Shown here: positions 20,559 to 36,167 of the stretch, in pieces
How the letters are laid out: every line of letters begins with the position of its first letter
Position numbering within the stretch: position 1 is the first letter of the stretch
Source: the human T2T-CHM13v2.0 reference genome, Homo sapiens
Assembly (NCBI RefSeq): GCF_009914755.1
Contig: NC_060933.1
Strand: one strand, 5' to 3'
DNA: 64,000 nucleotides
Program-made: the position numbers and the translations under genes
Notes under the pieces: model-generated
Told to the model about the DNA's origin: nothing
Seen by the model: only the letters and a program-made list of their open reading frames with translations
The model's database searches: none

Positions 20559-21359
20559 AGATTGGTGGGTTTTGTTTTTTTTTTTCCAACAATTCTGGAA
20601 CATTTTCAAGGATTTTATTGTTATCAAATATTGTACCTTTCCCATTCTCTCAGTTATCTCTTCGGAACTTTGACATTTTTTAGCCCTTCTCATTTTAACC
20701 TCCACGTTTCTTAACCACCCTTTCCTGTTTTTTAGCTTTTATTGCCTCTATGGGTTGAAGCTTCTATCTTTTCTTTATATCTATCTTTGAGTTTACCTAA
20801 TTCTTTTTCTGCTATGCCTAATCTACTGTTTAATCTATCCACTGAGCTTTAGATTCTAATTTTTATGTCTATCACTTATAGAAGTTATATGTAGTTGTTT
20901 TACAAACCACACGGTTATTTTATATTTTAAGATGTTCTTTTTATTTCTTTAAAAATTTTAAATATTTGTTATTTTATATTTTGTACCAGCTACTTTCAAG
21001 ATCTGTAGTCTCTGTGGGTTTGATTCTGGTGTTATTTCTGCTGACTTTCTCTCATGGTGACTGATTTCCTTATGTGGTCTATGTTTTTAAACTGTGACCA
21101 TTTTCCTTGAAAATTTACCCATGAAAATACTTTAAGGCCTGGGTTAAGATTATATTTTTTAAGAGAAGATTTGCATTTCCTTCTGTCAATGGTCTTAAGG
21201 CATTACTTACCTGGAACTACTTGAAACTGAATTTTCCTTTTGAGATGTTCTAGAACACACAAGTAACATGAATTATGACTATAAACCTATGTGATATCTA
21301 GCTTAGGGTTACACATTCTCAAAGGGGTTTTTTTGTTGTTTTATTTTATTGTATCTACC

Positions 21360-21808
21360 TGTCTTAGTCCATTTGTATTGCTATAAAAGAATACCTGAGG
21401 CCAGGAAATGTAGAAAGAATAGAGGTTTATCTGGCTCATGCTTCTGCAGGCTGTACAAGAGCATGGCTCCAGCATCTGCTTCTAGCGAGGGCTCCAGGCT
21501 GCTTCCACTCATGGTGGAAGGGGGAGAAAGCAAGGGGAGGGGAGGCACCAGGCTCTTTTGAACAAGCAGCCCTCATAGGAACTCTCACGGGAATTAGTAA
21601 AGCAAGAACTCACTCATTCCCAAGAGGACAGCACCACCCCATGCATGAAGGATCCACCCATATGACCCAAACACCTCTCATTAGGTCCTGCCTCTAACAT
21701 TGGAGATAAAAAAAAAATTTATCCTTTTTTTAAAAATATTGTTTTTATACCTATTTGAATGGGAGGAGATAAAATTTTAACATGAGGTTTGGATGGTCAA
21801 ATAGCACT
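21360..21808. mobile_element. MST-type MaLR LTR within old L1M sequence
   Basis: tgtcttagtccatttgtattgctataaaagaatacctgag...tatgacccaaacacctctcattaggtcctgcctc. Confidence 0.75.
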
Positions 21809-22034
21809 ACTCAATGCTAAGGATGAGACCAAGATAATTTTTTCCTGTCTCTTCCTCCTGAAAAGTTTATTTTTCATCCATCCTTCACTAAGACTGCAAT
21901 CCATGTGTTCCTATCCCAGCCCTGCATTTTATCTGACAACCCTAACTATAATAAGAATGCTCTGAATTTGCCCATTAAGCAAGATTTTAAAAAAGCTATT
22001 TTTTGTTTGTTTGCTTCTTTGGTTTTTTGGGGGC

Positions 22035-22335
22035 TTTTTGTTTGTTTGTTTTTCAGATGCAGTCTCTTTCTGTCACCCAGGCTGGAGTCCAGTGGCATGA
22101 TCTTGGCTTACTGCAACCTCCGCCTCTCGGATTCAAGTGATTCTCCTGCCTCAGCCTCCTAAGTAGCTAGGATTACAGGCATGCACCACCACACCTGGCT
22201 AATTTTTGTATTTTTAGTAGAGACAGGGTTTCACCATGTTGGCCAGGCTGGCCTCAAACTCCTGATCTCAAGTGATCCACCTGCCTCGGCCTCCCAGAAT
22301 GTTGGGATTCCAGGCATTAGCCACTGTGCCTGGCT
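22035..22335 (-). mobile_element. AluS
   Basis: Reverse-complement Alu dimer. Confidence 0.93.
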
Positions 22336-23556
22336 GATGAAATACTAATTATGTGGGAAGACAGAAGAGAGAGAATCATAACTTGGCTTCTTTCAGCCTG
22401 AAAAAATATTTCTGTGGTACACTACATTAGAGGTTTCTCCATTCTATCATTCGCCACACTGTGATTTCTCTCTAATTAGCTTTGTTAATTACTGTCCCTT
22501 CGCCAATTTGCAAATTCCTTGAGGTAGGGACTGCCTTTCTCATCTATACTCGTTACAGTATCCAAAGCAGTGGATGGACTGTAGTGTGGGATCAATTAAG
22601 TGTTTATTACTTCTAAGTCGACTTCACTGCTGGGTGCTCCTCTTCTCCCATCCATCCAGGTGCTTGGACAAGGCCGGGGAGTAATCCCATTCCCTCACCC
22701 CACACATCTTATCATTTAATATTCTCAATTTTATTTCTTTACTTTCTCTCAAATCTGAGTTTTGCTGTTACTGCACCCACAGTCTTAGTTTATCCCTAAT
22801 CATTTCTCCTCTAGGATATTCCTAAAAATATATAAATAAATAAAAAAATAAAATAAAATAAAAGTTTCTTGAGTGTGTTACATAGAATCTAGTTGAGCAA
22901 GATTTAATAGATGTATCTGTTTCTGCAGTTAAATAAGCCATTACCACACAGTAGACACAGTCATCATTTTAAATAAATCAGATCACATAGGTCATTTTTA
23001 CTGAAGCTTCTCATGCCCTCCCATTACTCTTCGATTAGAATGTAAACCTCCTATCCTGGCCTATAAGATCCTATATGATCTTGTCCTGCCTATGACCCTG
23101 GCATCACCTCCTGACTCTCTCCCTTTCTCTCCATCTCTTCCAGCCCCACTGGCCTTCTTGATGTTCCTTGAAGGGGACAAGCTTTCCCTGGCCTCTGTCT
23201 GGAACACCTGCCCTCAGAACCTCCCATGCTAGCTCTTTGTTATCATTCGAATCTCTACTCAGATGTCAATTCTTGCAAGACACGGCCTCACTAGCCCATC
23301 TAAATTAGGGCCTCTCCTCTCCACCCCAGTCTCATCACTCTCTAACCCTTTATCTGAATTTACGTACTTACTTATGTGTTTTCTTCACCCAATGCATATT
23401 TCTGGAGCATCTGCTATATACCAGCAGTTCTTGGCACTGGAGATACAGGAAAACAAAACAGAACAACCTGTCTTCATGAAGCTTGCGTTTTACTGTTTGC
23501 TTCATGCATTTATTGAACAAAAATTTATGCTTTGTTTTCATTCTAATAATTATCTA

Positions 23557-23850
23557 GGCTGGGTGCAGTGGCTCACTCCTATAATCCCAGCATTGTGGGA
23601 GGCCAAGGCGGGTGGATCACCTGAGGTCAAGAGTTCGAGACCAACCTGGCCAACATGGTGAAACCCTGTCTCTACAAAAAATACAAAAAAAATTAGTGGG
23701 TGTGGTGGCACAAACCTGTAGTCCCAGCTACTAGGGAGTCTAAGGCAGGAGAATCGCCTGAATCTGGGAGCCGGAGGTTGCAGTGAGATCATGCCACTGC
23801 ACTCCAGCCTGGGCGACAGAGTGAGACTCCATCTCAAAAACAATAATAAT
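23557..23850 (+). mobile_element. AluS
   Basis: TSD aataattatcta / aataataatcta; flanked by L2-like sequence. Confidence 0.93.
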
Positions 23851-25287
23851 AATAATCTAATTTTTTCTTTTTATTATGTCTTCCCCCCAAAGAATGAAGG
23901 CTTCAGAATAAATGAATACGTGAATGAATGTACAGCGTTAGTGAGTGATCCCTATAGGAATTGCTGCATATTTTCATCCATCACTTCTACCTGCTAGTCA
24001 GTCTAGAGAAGCATGGAAATCCACAAACAGCTTGCCTATTATGATATTCCATCACTGGAATTAGAGGACTCGATAAAGACTAGAGACCAATAGAAGACTG
24101 AACCCTCTTTAGCCAACATTTGTAGACAATAATTTCAATTACTTATTCCAGTCTCTTCTACCACCCTGTCCCTCCAGGGAGTTGTGCCCCACTGTCAGTT
24201 GCACCATTTGCATTACTGCCGATTCAAACATTTATTCATTATCCCTGGGCACCGATGAGGACAACATGATTGAAAATCACTAGCAAACCCCCAACCAAAT
24301 ACTTTGTATCCCAGCACCATTGAACCTTCCAGAAAAATCAGCTTTGGCAAAACTGTCAGAGGATCCATTTTGTATTCGAGTGTTAATTATTTGAGGCAAT
24401 TCTAAGTGCAAGACCTATTTGAATTATGTACTTTTTAGTGTTATTTGGGGCTTATAATTAGTTGCACTCTTTGGGAATATAAATGTTTTACCCAGTTCAT
24501 TATCTTCGGGTGGACTGAAAAATGTCAGTGACTCTCCTGCAAATTTGTACAGCGTTGCTCAGTAAGTAAGTATATATTTACCCTGGGAGAATATGCATTA
24601 TTGACAATTTACTTAATTATCTCTCAAAACAATTCAAGTATTGGCTGCTTATAATGCTGTCTTTCTCCTCAAAGGGAGCAGTAGGACATCTCAACAGGGG
24701 TGGACATGCTGCTGCTACTCCAACAAGGCTGCAGGTGCTCATATAGAGACTTGTTTAAGAATGCTTGGCCCCACTGAAAGCCACGAGTCTCAGGAGAGCC
24801 AAGAATAACCCCATCTCGTATTCATTGGCCTCCTTTGCAAAATTGTATCAGAAAAACAATTCGTTTTAAAAGTGAATCTTTTTCAAGGAGATTATACAAA
24901 CATCTGCCACCATTTAGCCACACCCCACGGAAGAACATCAGTCCTGTCCTGGTGGTGTAGAATTAGGAAATGCCAGGAGACAAAATGGGAAGATGAGAAA
25001 ATAGGAGTGGGCAGGAAAGAAAGGAACAAAAAAGTAAAGAGCTTAGCCAAATGACAAGCTCCCTCATGGGAGATCTGTGGGAGGATGCTGTTTTCAAATA
25101 CATGACCCAAATGATGTCTAGAACTCAGGACCTGAGCTTTTTTTTTTCCTTAATAACATTTTTGTTTTAACCAATTCTGTAACACACATTTATTTTAAAA
25201 GCATAGAAACATATATATGTATATGTAAAGCAAAAATTAATATTAATATTTTAGCTTTTTGCCTTCTGATTTTCAATAAAGCCATCT

Positions 25288-25330
25288 CTATCTGTCTATC
25301 TATCTATCTATCCATCCATCCATCCATCCA
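25288..25330. repeat. Compound (CTAT)n(CCAT)n tetranucleotide repeat
   Basis: Directly visible. Confidence 0.85.
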
Positions 25331-25533
25331 CACAGGTAGGTATCTACCTACCATATACATAGAGATGGATTATCATCATTTTTTACATAGCCTATCATGA
25401 AATGTTTCTGTGTCATTAAATACTCTTGAGAAACAAAATTTCAATGTCTATTAGCCCATCTTATATAAGTGAACAGGCATATCTCATTTTACTGCATTTT
25501 GCTTTATTGTACATTGCACATGTTGCATTTTTT

Positions 25534-26622
<1,089 letters not shown>

Positions 26623-27040
26623 TTACAAATTACAGGTTTGTGGCAACCCTGCCACAAGCCTGTCTCTACCACTCCTCCAATAGCACATCCTCACTTTGTG
26701 TCTCTGTGTCACATTTTTGTAATTCTCACAATATTTTGAACTTTTCATCATTATTTTATCTGTTATGGTGATCACAGTGATCAGTGATCAATTATAATTG
26801 TTTTGGGGCACCATGAACCCCACCATGTGAGATGGAACTTAGTTGACAAATGTGTGTGTTCTGCCTTTTCCACTGACGGCATTTCCCTATATCTCTTCCT
26901 CTCATCAGACCTTCCCTGAGATATAATAATATGGAAATGAGGCCAGTTAATACTTTTACAGTGGCATCTACATGCTCAAATGAAAGGAAGAGTTGCAAGT
27001 CTCTCACTTTAAATCAAAAGCTTAAAATTGATTAAGCTTA

Positions 27041-27595
<555 letters not shown>

Positions 27596-28244
27596 TCAAT
27601 TTTATGTAAGCTGAGAGAGGTAAGGAAGCTACAGAAGAAATGTTGGAAGCTAGCAGAGGTTAGTTCATGAGGCTTAAGGAAAGAAGCTGTCTCCATAACA
27701 TAAAAGTGCGAGGTGAAGCAGCAAGTAATGATGCAGAAGCTGCAGCAAATGGTTCAGCTAAGATCATTGATGGAGGTTAATATAGCAAACAACAGATTTC
27801 CAGTTTAGGTGGAACAGCCTTCCATTGGGAAAACATGCCATCTAGGACTTTCATAGCTAGAGAGGAGAAGTCAACGCCTGGCTTCAAAGTCTCAAAGGAC
27901 AGGCTGACTCTCTTATTAGGGACTAATGCAGCTGGTGACTTTAAGTTAAAGCCAGTATTCACTTATCATTCTGAAAATCCTAGGCCCTTAAGAATTATGC
28001 CAAATCCATTCTGCCTGTGGTCCATAAATGAAACAAGGCCGGGTTCAGCACATCTGTTTACAGAATGGTTACTGAATATTTTAAGCCCACGGTGGAGACC
28101 TACTGCTCAGACAAAAGAGTTTTCAAACTATTACTGCTCATTGACAATGTACCTGGTCACCTAAGAGTTCCAATGGAGATGTGCAAGATTAATGTTGTTT
28201 TCATACCTGCTAACAGGACATTGATTCTGCAGCCCATGGATTGA

Positions 28245-28559
<315 letters not shown>

Positions 28560-28668
28560 TAAGTCTTACTGAGAAAGACACTGTGTATGGCAATAGCTGC
28601 CGTAGAGATTCCTCTGATGTATCTGGGCAATGTAAATTGAAACTTCCTGGAAAGGATGCACCATTTTT

Positions 28669-29434
28669 TTCTTTCTTTTTTTTTTTCCCCACTCTGTTGC
28701 CCAGGCTGGAGTGCACCATTCTTTTCTTTGCTTTTTTTTTTTTTTTTTTTTTTTTTTTTCGCTCTGTTGCCCAGGCTGGAGCACAGTGGTGTGATCATAG
28801 CTCACTGCAGCCTCAAACTCCTGGGCTCAAGTGATCCTCCCACCTCATCCTCCTGACTAGCTAGGACTACAGGTGTGTGCCACTGTGCCTGGCCAATTTT
28901 TTATTTTATTTCCAATTTTTTCTTTCTTTCTTTTTCTTTCTTTCTTTCTTCCTTTTCTTCTGTCTTTTTTTTTTTTTCGAGACAGGGTTTTTGCAATCTT
29001 GACTCACTGCAGCCTTGACCTCCGAGGCTAACGCAATCCTCCCACCTCAGCCTCCTGAGTAGCTGTGACTACAAGCACTTGCCAATATGCCCAGCTGATA
29101 TCTATTTTTTGTAGAAATAGAGTCTCCCTATGTTGCCCAGGCTGATCTCAAACTCCTGGGCTCAAGTGATCCTTCCATCTCAGCCTCCCAAAGTGTTGGG
29201 ATTACAGGTATGAGCCACTGCACCCATCTTATGTTTTTATAATTTCAACTTTTATTTTGATTCAGTGGGTACATGTGCAGATTTATTACATGGGTATGCT
29301 GTGTGATGCCGAGGTTTGGGGTATGAATGATCCCATCACCCAGGTAGTGAGCATAGTACCCAATAGGTAGTTTTTCAGCCATTGCCCATCTCCCATAGTA
29401 GTCCCCAGTGTCTGTTCTCGTCTTCATGTCAATG
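28669..29434 (-). mobile_element. Composite insert in Tigger1: old L1 3'UTR fragment (~29235-29430), AluJ (~28960-29226) and an Alu monomer (~28720-28894)
   Basis: All on the minus strand; bounded by GGATGCACCATTTTT (28654-28668) and GGATTCACCATTCTT (29435-29449). Confidence 0.8.
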
Positions 29435-30832
29435 GGATTCACCATTCTTGATATCATTTGTGATTCATGGGAGGAGGTCAAGATAGTAACATTAACAGTT
29501 TGGAAGAAGTTGATTCTAACCCTCATGAATGACTGGGAAGTTTCAAGACTTCAGTGGAGGAAGTGACTGCAGAGGTGATGGAAATGGTAAGAAAACTAGA
29601 ATTAGAAGTGGAACCTGAAGATGTGACTGAATTGCTACAATCTCACAATAAAATTTGAACAGACAAGAAATTGGTTCTTATGGTTGAGCAAAGAAAGTGG
29701 TTTTTCAAGATGGAAACTTCTCCTGGTGAAGATGCTGTGAACATTGTTGAAATGAAAACAAATGATTTAGAATATTACATAAATTTAGTTGATAAAGTAG
29801 CAGCAGAATTTGAGAGGATTGACTCGAATTTTCAAAGAAGTTCTACTGTGGGTAAAATGCTATCAAACAGCATCACATGCTACAGAGAAATCTTTCATGT
29901 AAAGGAGGGTCAATCAACGTGGCAAACTTCATTGTTTCAAAAAATTGCCACAGCCACCCCAACCTTCAGAAACCACCACCCTGATCAGTCAAGCAGCCAT
30001 CAATATCGAGGCAAGACCCTCCACCAGCAAAAGGATCTGAATGCTCAGATGATCATTAGCATTTTTTAGCAATAAAGTATTTCCTAATTAAGGTATGTAT
30101 ATTTTTTAGACATAATGCTATTGCTTACTTAATAGACTACAGTATAGTGTATTACTTTTATATGCACTGGGAAACAAAAGAGTTTGTGTGACCTGCTTTA
30201 TTGTAACACTTACTTCATTGAGGTGGTCTGGAACTGAACCCATAATATCTCTGAGGCATGCCTGTAGTATACTATTTTAAATATATTCCCAACAGATGCT
30301 TTTTTATTAAGGCATAACCAATGATTATTTTGATCTAGAAAGTTTGCTCCGGGGAATAAATTTATGTACTAAAGCTACAGAAGGTGGTGAAGAGGTTGAA
30401 AAAATGGAATCTAATCATATCATTCAAACATTTTCATTCACATCTATATTTCCACTTATCTCCTGACCCCAAAATGCTAGGTAAACAAGTTAATTAGAAT
30501 CAAATAGTCCGTCTATAAAGAAGGGCTTGAAGCCAAGTGCAGGAGATTCCTTATGTACATGCGAGTCAGAGAGCCATTTCTTCTGGTTACAATCTTAAGG
30601 AACCAAACTCAACATGTTTTGACAAGGTTAAATATGAATTTATTAGCTCAGATGTAGCATTTGGTTAGGTGTGGCCTGGGTCACTGGTCTCCAGAAAGAG
30701 GTAGGAAAAATAATTTATTTAGGCTGCAAAAGAAAAAAAAAAAAGAACTTATGTTCATGATTTTTATGTTAACCTCTTCAATCTTAAATGTTCTACTCTA
30801 GCACATCTCTTTAATGTATGTGAAATATTCAT

Positions 30833-31515
<683 letters not shown>

Positions 31516-32475
31516 TTCATGCACTAGTACATAATAAATAATAATGAATAATAATTTATACACACACATATATTAGCATGCAAGTGGAGGGTGAGCATAA
31601 CGTGTATAAATGTTATATTTTCTAACATACTAATTTTTTAAGCCAATGAGTGATTAATCAAAACAGTATGGAGCTTAGAACTTTAGATTTCTGTTGTTGA
31701 TTGAGATTGGAGAGTGGCTGATGCTGGAAGTTCTATGAAGTATGGCTGGAGCATGACTTTGGTCTAATACTTGGCCTAAGTGTGGGAGATATTGGCCAAG
31801 CTGAATCCTGGGAAGTGAATGGAGCCCCTAGTTTGGTAGAGCATAAGATATAGATGAGTAGACCAGAGAAGGTGACTGGGCCAAAAGGTTGAGATTGTCT
31901 GGGAGAAGCAAGTATCCAGGGTATGCTAAACTACAATCAAATGGGTAATGTTTTATGGAACATTTGCAGATGTAGCCTAAGAGAGTCAAAGTGGAAGGAA
32001 CCTAAGGAGTCTAGAACACTTGAGAAGAGAGTGAGAGAGGTGAGAGCCTAGGAGTCTCCCAAGAGCACATATTTGCCATGCCCATTCGTCTGTCATCCTA
32101 GCCAGTAACCTAGTAGGTTCTTGCAGTAACAGGACACAGGACAGATAGGTTTCAATAGCAAGTGGTAGGGGGGGAGTCTGGCTTGCATGGGGTATGAATG
32201 AAAGTCCTAGAAGCTTGAATGAGATAGCCAAAGATAAGATAGGAGCACCCTAAAATTACCCCCCCACCACCAGTTTTGCGGAGGGTTGATTCTGCCTAAA
32301 CATAGTGTCTACTTCATGGCCAATTCTGGCAGATATAGACATTCTATGATAAAAGGCTATCCTTAAGACATTGAGTTTCTTCTGTCTCCCCCAAAAGAAA
32401 AATAAACATGTGAAGAGAATAATAAAATTAGAAAAAAAAAATAAAGTTAGAAGCATTTTAGCTAGTATGTTCCTC

Positions 32476-34802
32476 TTTTTTTGAATGGAATACAAAGACA
32501 TTTCATTTTCGTCTTTTTTAGATAGTGAACTATTAAATTTCTTTGGTAATAAATGAGAAAAAAAGAGGAAAGAAAAGATCTGGGCTGCGATGATTACTGG
32601 GTTCTATTTGTCTTTCTGATAATGTGAATTTAAAACAGTTAAATCACACTTACACCACTACAAAAATTAGTACTAGTAACCTTTTGGAGATTATAAAATA
32701 CAATATACCCAGTGGACATAAATGTGTTCAAAAGGTTTTTTTCCTGCAGGTCATTTTTCCCCCCATAAACAGAGACAAAGTGAACATATGATTGGGTTGG
32801 TAATTCTGCTGTATATTGCAATTCACCCAGCTTCTTGTCATTCACAGAAATGAAGAAGACAGGCATTAGATTTTACTTGTCATGTGATATTAGTAGCCAG
32901 ATGTTTTAATGGCAGCTTATCTGAGGTCCATCAATCCTTTGAATATGTGTAGAAAAGCATGGCCATTGTTTCTCACCTGCCCACATCTGAACACATTCAG
33001 ATACCATGGAAACCACAAAGGAAGAAAAAAAATACTTATTCCAAGATTCATTGATTGGGATATTTAAGTGTCCTTTCTTTCATACAGCCAGGGGTGTGAT
33101 AATGTGCTAGGGCCTGCTGTGTTTTCTGGCATGAGCTCCATCTCTGAGGGTCCTGAGAAAGACAGTGGATGGATCCTGGAGTCCTCTTGAAAGGGGAAGG
33201 TGGTCCTATTGAGTGGAACATGTGTGTCTCAAATCCTGGAGGTAGGGGCAGAGCAATAGCAGGGGTGGGGACAGGGCAATAGCAGTTGAACATGGCAAGG
33301 CAATGTTCACCACAGCTGTAGGAGCACTTGGAGGTAGGTTGAAGTCATTGGCAGATGCATCTGCTGCTGCAGAAGGAGGAAGAGCTCCCGGCAGTACTGG
33401 AATCAGCTCTAGCTGGATCCCCGGGTCTGGGGTTCTGTCATTTTCCTTTCCTCTGGCTGCCTGGGATCTTCCCCATTTTACACTTAGTCTGCAGCCATTG
33501 GTGATTAACTTATTAAAGGACTTCTCTACAGCCACTTGTGCAGCCTGCCCTGTGGAAACCTGGATGAAAGCACACCGCTGTCTCTGCACAACAGGGATTG
33601 TCCAGATCTCTCTAAATAGGTAGAGATTATTTCTTAAGATCTGTCTCAGTAATGGTATCACCCGGATCACCGGTGTCTAGTGTGGGGATAGTCTTATCCT
33701 CTGGGAGTTCCAGATGAGGCGTGGCTGAAGCCTACTATAGAAGCTTATCTGCTACACGGTCGTTGACTATATAATATCAGTTTTTAATATCTGATCAGCA
33801 AGGGAATCATGTGGACCTGTAGGCTTCTCATGTCTCTATCGAAACTCCTCTCCTCTCTTACCCTCTCCCTTCACCCAGAAGGAGCAAATGTGGGGCTTAT
33901 TCTTTAGGTAATAGGGTATGGTCCAGGCCAGTTTGTCTAGCATGTCACTGGTGGATGTGGCTTTCCCCAGCAGGCCAACTGGCTGTCTTCCATTCGAGTT
34001 AGAAATCCCTCTCTCCACATTCTGCGTGTAGTACTCTTCTCTTCTCTGACATCTGACTTTGGCATGTCATCTTTTTTTTGTTGTTTTTTTGAGATGGAGT
34101 CTCACTCTGTCGCCCAGGCTGGAGTGCAGTGACACAGTCTCAGCTCACTGCAAGCTCTACCTCCCGGGTACATGCCATTCTCCTGCCTCAGCCTCCTGAG
34201 TAGCTGGGACTACAGGCACCTACCACCACACCCGGCTAATGTTTTGTATTTTTAGTAGAGACGGGGTTTCATCATGTTAGCCAGGCTGGTCTCGATCTCC
34301 TGACCTTTTGATCTGCCCGCCTCAGCCTCCCAAAGTGCTGGGATTACAGGCATGAGCCACCGCGCCCGGCCAGCATGTCCTCTTTTAAAGACAACGCAGC
34401 ATCACAAACCTAGGTGGGCAGGCCATGCTCCAGGTCTAAGAGGCAGGTCTGACAGACATACTTCAGGCTTCTGCAGGTTCGACATACTTTATTTTTCTTG
34501 AAATGCATGTGGGCCCCAGGGCACCAGCAAAACATTGTGAATGGCCTGGCACAGATTTCTCATTTTTCTCATACTTTTCTTTGGTCATTCAGATATAATG
34601 GGTTTCCTCTAAGACATGTCTGATACAGAATGGAGAAGTATGCATTTTCCCAGTGTTTCCTGTTTAAGGTGTTGAAACCAAGACAGGTCACCATCTCGAG
34701 GGGGTCTTGAGGTAGTGGTAGGTTTTAGGTGGGAGAGAGACACCATGATCCTGTCAAGCCCAGCTCTTCTTTGTTCCCCTGTTCTTGATGCTCCGGACAA
34801 TT
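32476..34802 (-). pseudogene. RBM22: Processed pseudogene of RBM22 (spliceosomal RNA-binding motif protein 22); intronless, frameshifted, AluY-interrupted. The pseudogene number is not verified.
   Basis: Minus-strand ATG at 34694 and degraded CDS to TAG at 33107. Fragments [31 protein letters not shown]...[10 protein letters not shown] and a Pro-rich tail match RBM22. No introns. 3' end is tentative (AATGAA ~20 nt before an A-run at 32476-32482). Confidence 0.9.
34072..34371 (-). mobile_element. AluY inserted in the RBM22 pseudogene CDS
   Basis: gcaagctc, gccattctcc, ttagccagg, gatctcctgacc; TSD gcatgtc(a/c)tctttt at 34062-34075 and 34373-34386. Confidence 0.93.
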
Positions 34803-36081
34803 GCTTTGACAGTATGTGATTCTCCTTTCTTGATTCAAGGTGAAACTCACTTCTCAGGAATCCCCATTCTTGGAGAAAACTCTGGATTTCCTGGTCTCTC
34901 CAAGGACTGGCCTGTAATACCAGGGCTTTGGTAGCCTGAGGCAGGAGGATTGCTTGAGGTCAGGAGTTCAAAACCACCAGGGCAACACAGGGAGACCCCA
35001 TCTTAAATTCATGCTTTTCTGCTAGAATACTGAGATACATAACCTGGAAGCTGGAAGTCCAGTTTCTTCACAAGTATCTTTTTCCAGTGACAAAGTAACT
35101 TCCCTGTAATCTCAGCACTTTGGGAAGCCAAGGCAGAAGGATCACTTGGGATCAGGGGTTTGATACCAGCCTGGATACCATAGGGAGACCTGGTCTCTTC
35201 AGACAGCCAGCATGGCCAGGGCAGCCAGTCTCACCCTGTAATTGTGACATTTTGTCTTCATGAAATGCCAGCTTGCTGACTTGTGCCGACATTTTATTTC
35301 TCACAGAGCAGTAAGAGGCCAGGACCCTTTCACAGTCTGCATGGGGTTGCCATGGTTATGCTCACCCTCCACTTGTATGTATCCTGAATTATGGGACACC
35401 GAGTTTATGTAAACCATAAAAATAAATTCTTCTTCTCTAGACGTTCAAGTTTAAAATATCTCCTTTCCAATACATCTTATAGGTATGATGTGCACAGCTC
35501 CCACTGTGGCCCTCATCCATCCAAATTCAATGGTGAAGGTGATCGTTATTACTGAGAACAAAATAAAATGGCATAGAATGTAAATTGGCTGCTGAAGGCG
35601 ATGTTGAAGCAGGAGGCAATGTCTCCATGGGACAGTGAGTTCGTGATGAGTGACAGTACAGATGATCCCCAAAGACACAGTGGGAAGGTGACACAGGGGA
35701 TCATGAAGAGCTCTCAAGAGAGAGCGGACTTTGTAGTCCGGCCCACCCCACCCCATACAAATGAGACAATAAAAATGACTTTTCTCAAGACAGAAAGACG
35801 GCATCCCCGTCCTGACGAGGCATCTGCTCGCATGTTCTCCTTAGGAAAGATATGAGCAGCTGGAAGCCAGCCACTGTTTCTGAAGACTTTTTTCCAAATG
35901 TGTGAGGCTCTCTCTGAATTCTGACTGAACTTTCCCCATCTCTCCCCAAAATATGCTCTCTCAGCTCAAAAGTTTGACAAAATCAAATCACCCGAGCTAT
36001 TTAAACATCCTTCTTTGGATAACACCTTCCAAGACAGCTAACAATTGTAGCTTGTTTAAGACTCCCTTCCCATTCCCCTCA

Positions 36082-36082
<1 letters not shown>

Positions 36083-36162
<80 letters not shown>
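36083..36162. repeat. Interrupted (CA)n microsatellite, ~80 bp
   Basis: Two CA runs separated by cgcaacat. Confidence 0.95.

Positions 36163-36167
<5 letters not shown>

Noticed and set aside
33206-33670. 154-aa ORF with RRM-like sequence as a functional gene
   Set aside because: Frameshifted piece of the RBM22 retrocopy; the upstream CDS is broken and Alu-interrupted.
32466-34825. TSD for the RBM22 retrocopy (agtatgt..tc)
   Set aside because: Match is short and gapped, so the ends remain approximate.
35346-35359. RFX X-box-like GTTGCCATGGTTAT
   Set aside because: Second half-site has two mismatches; an isolated motif with no other support.
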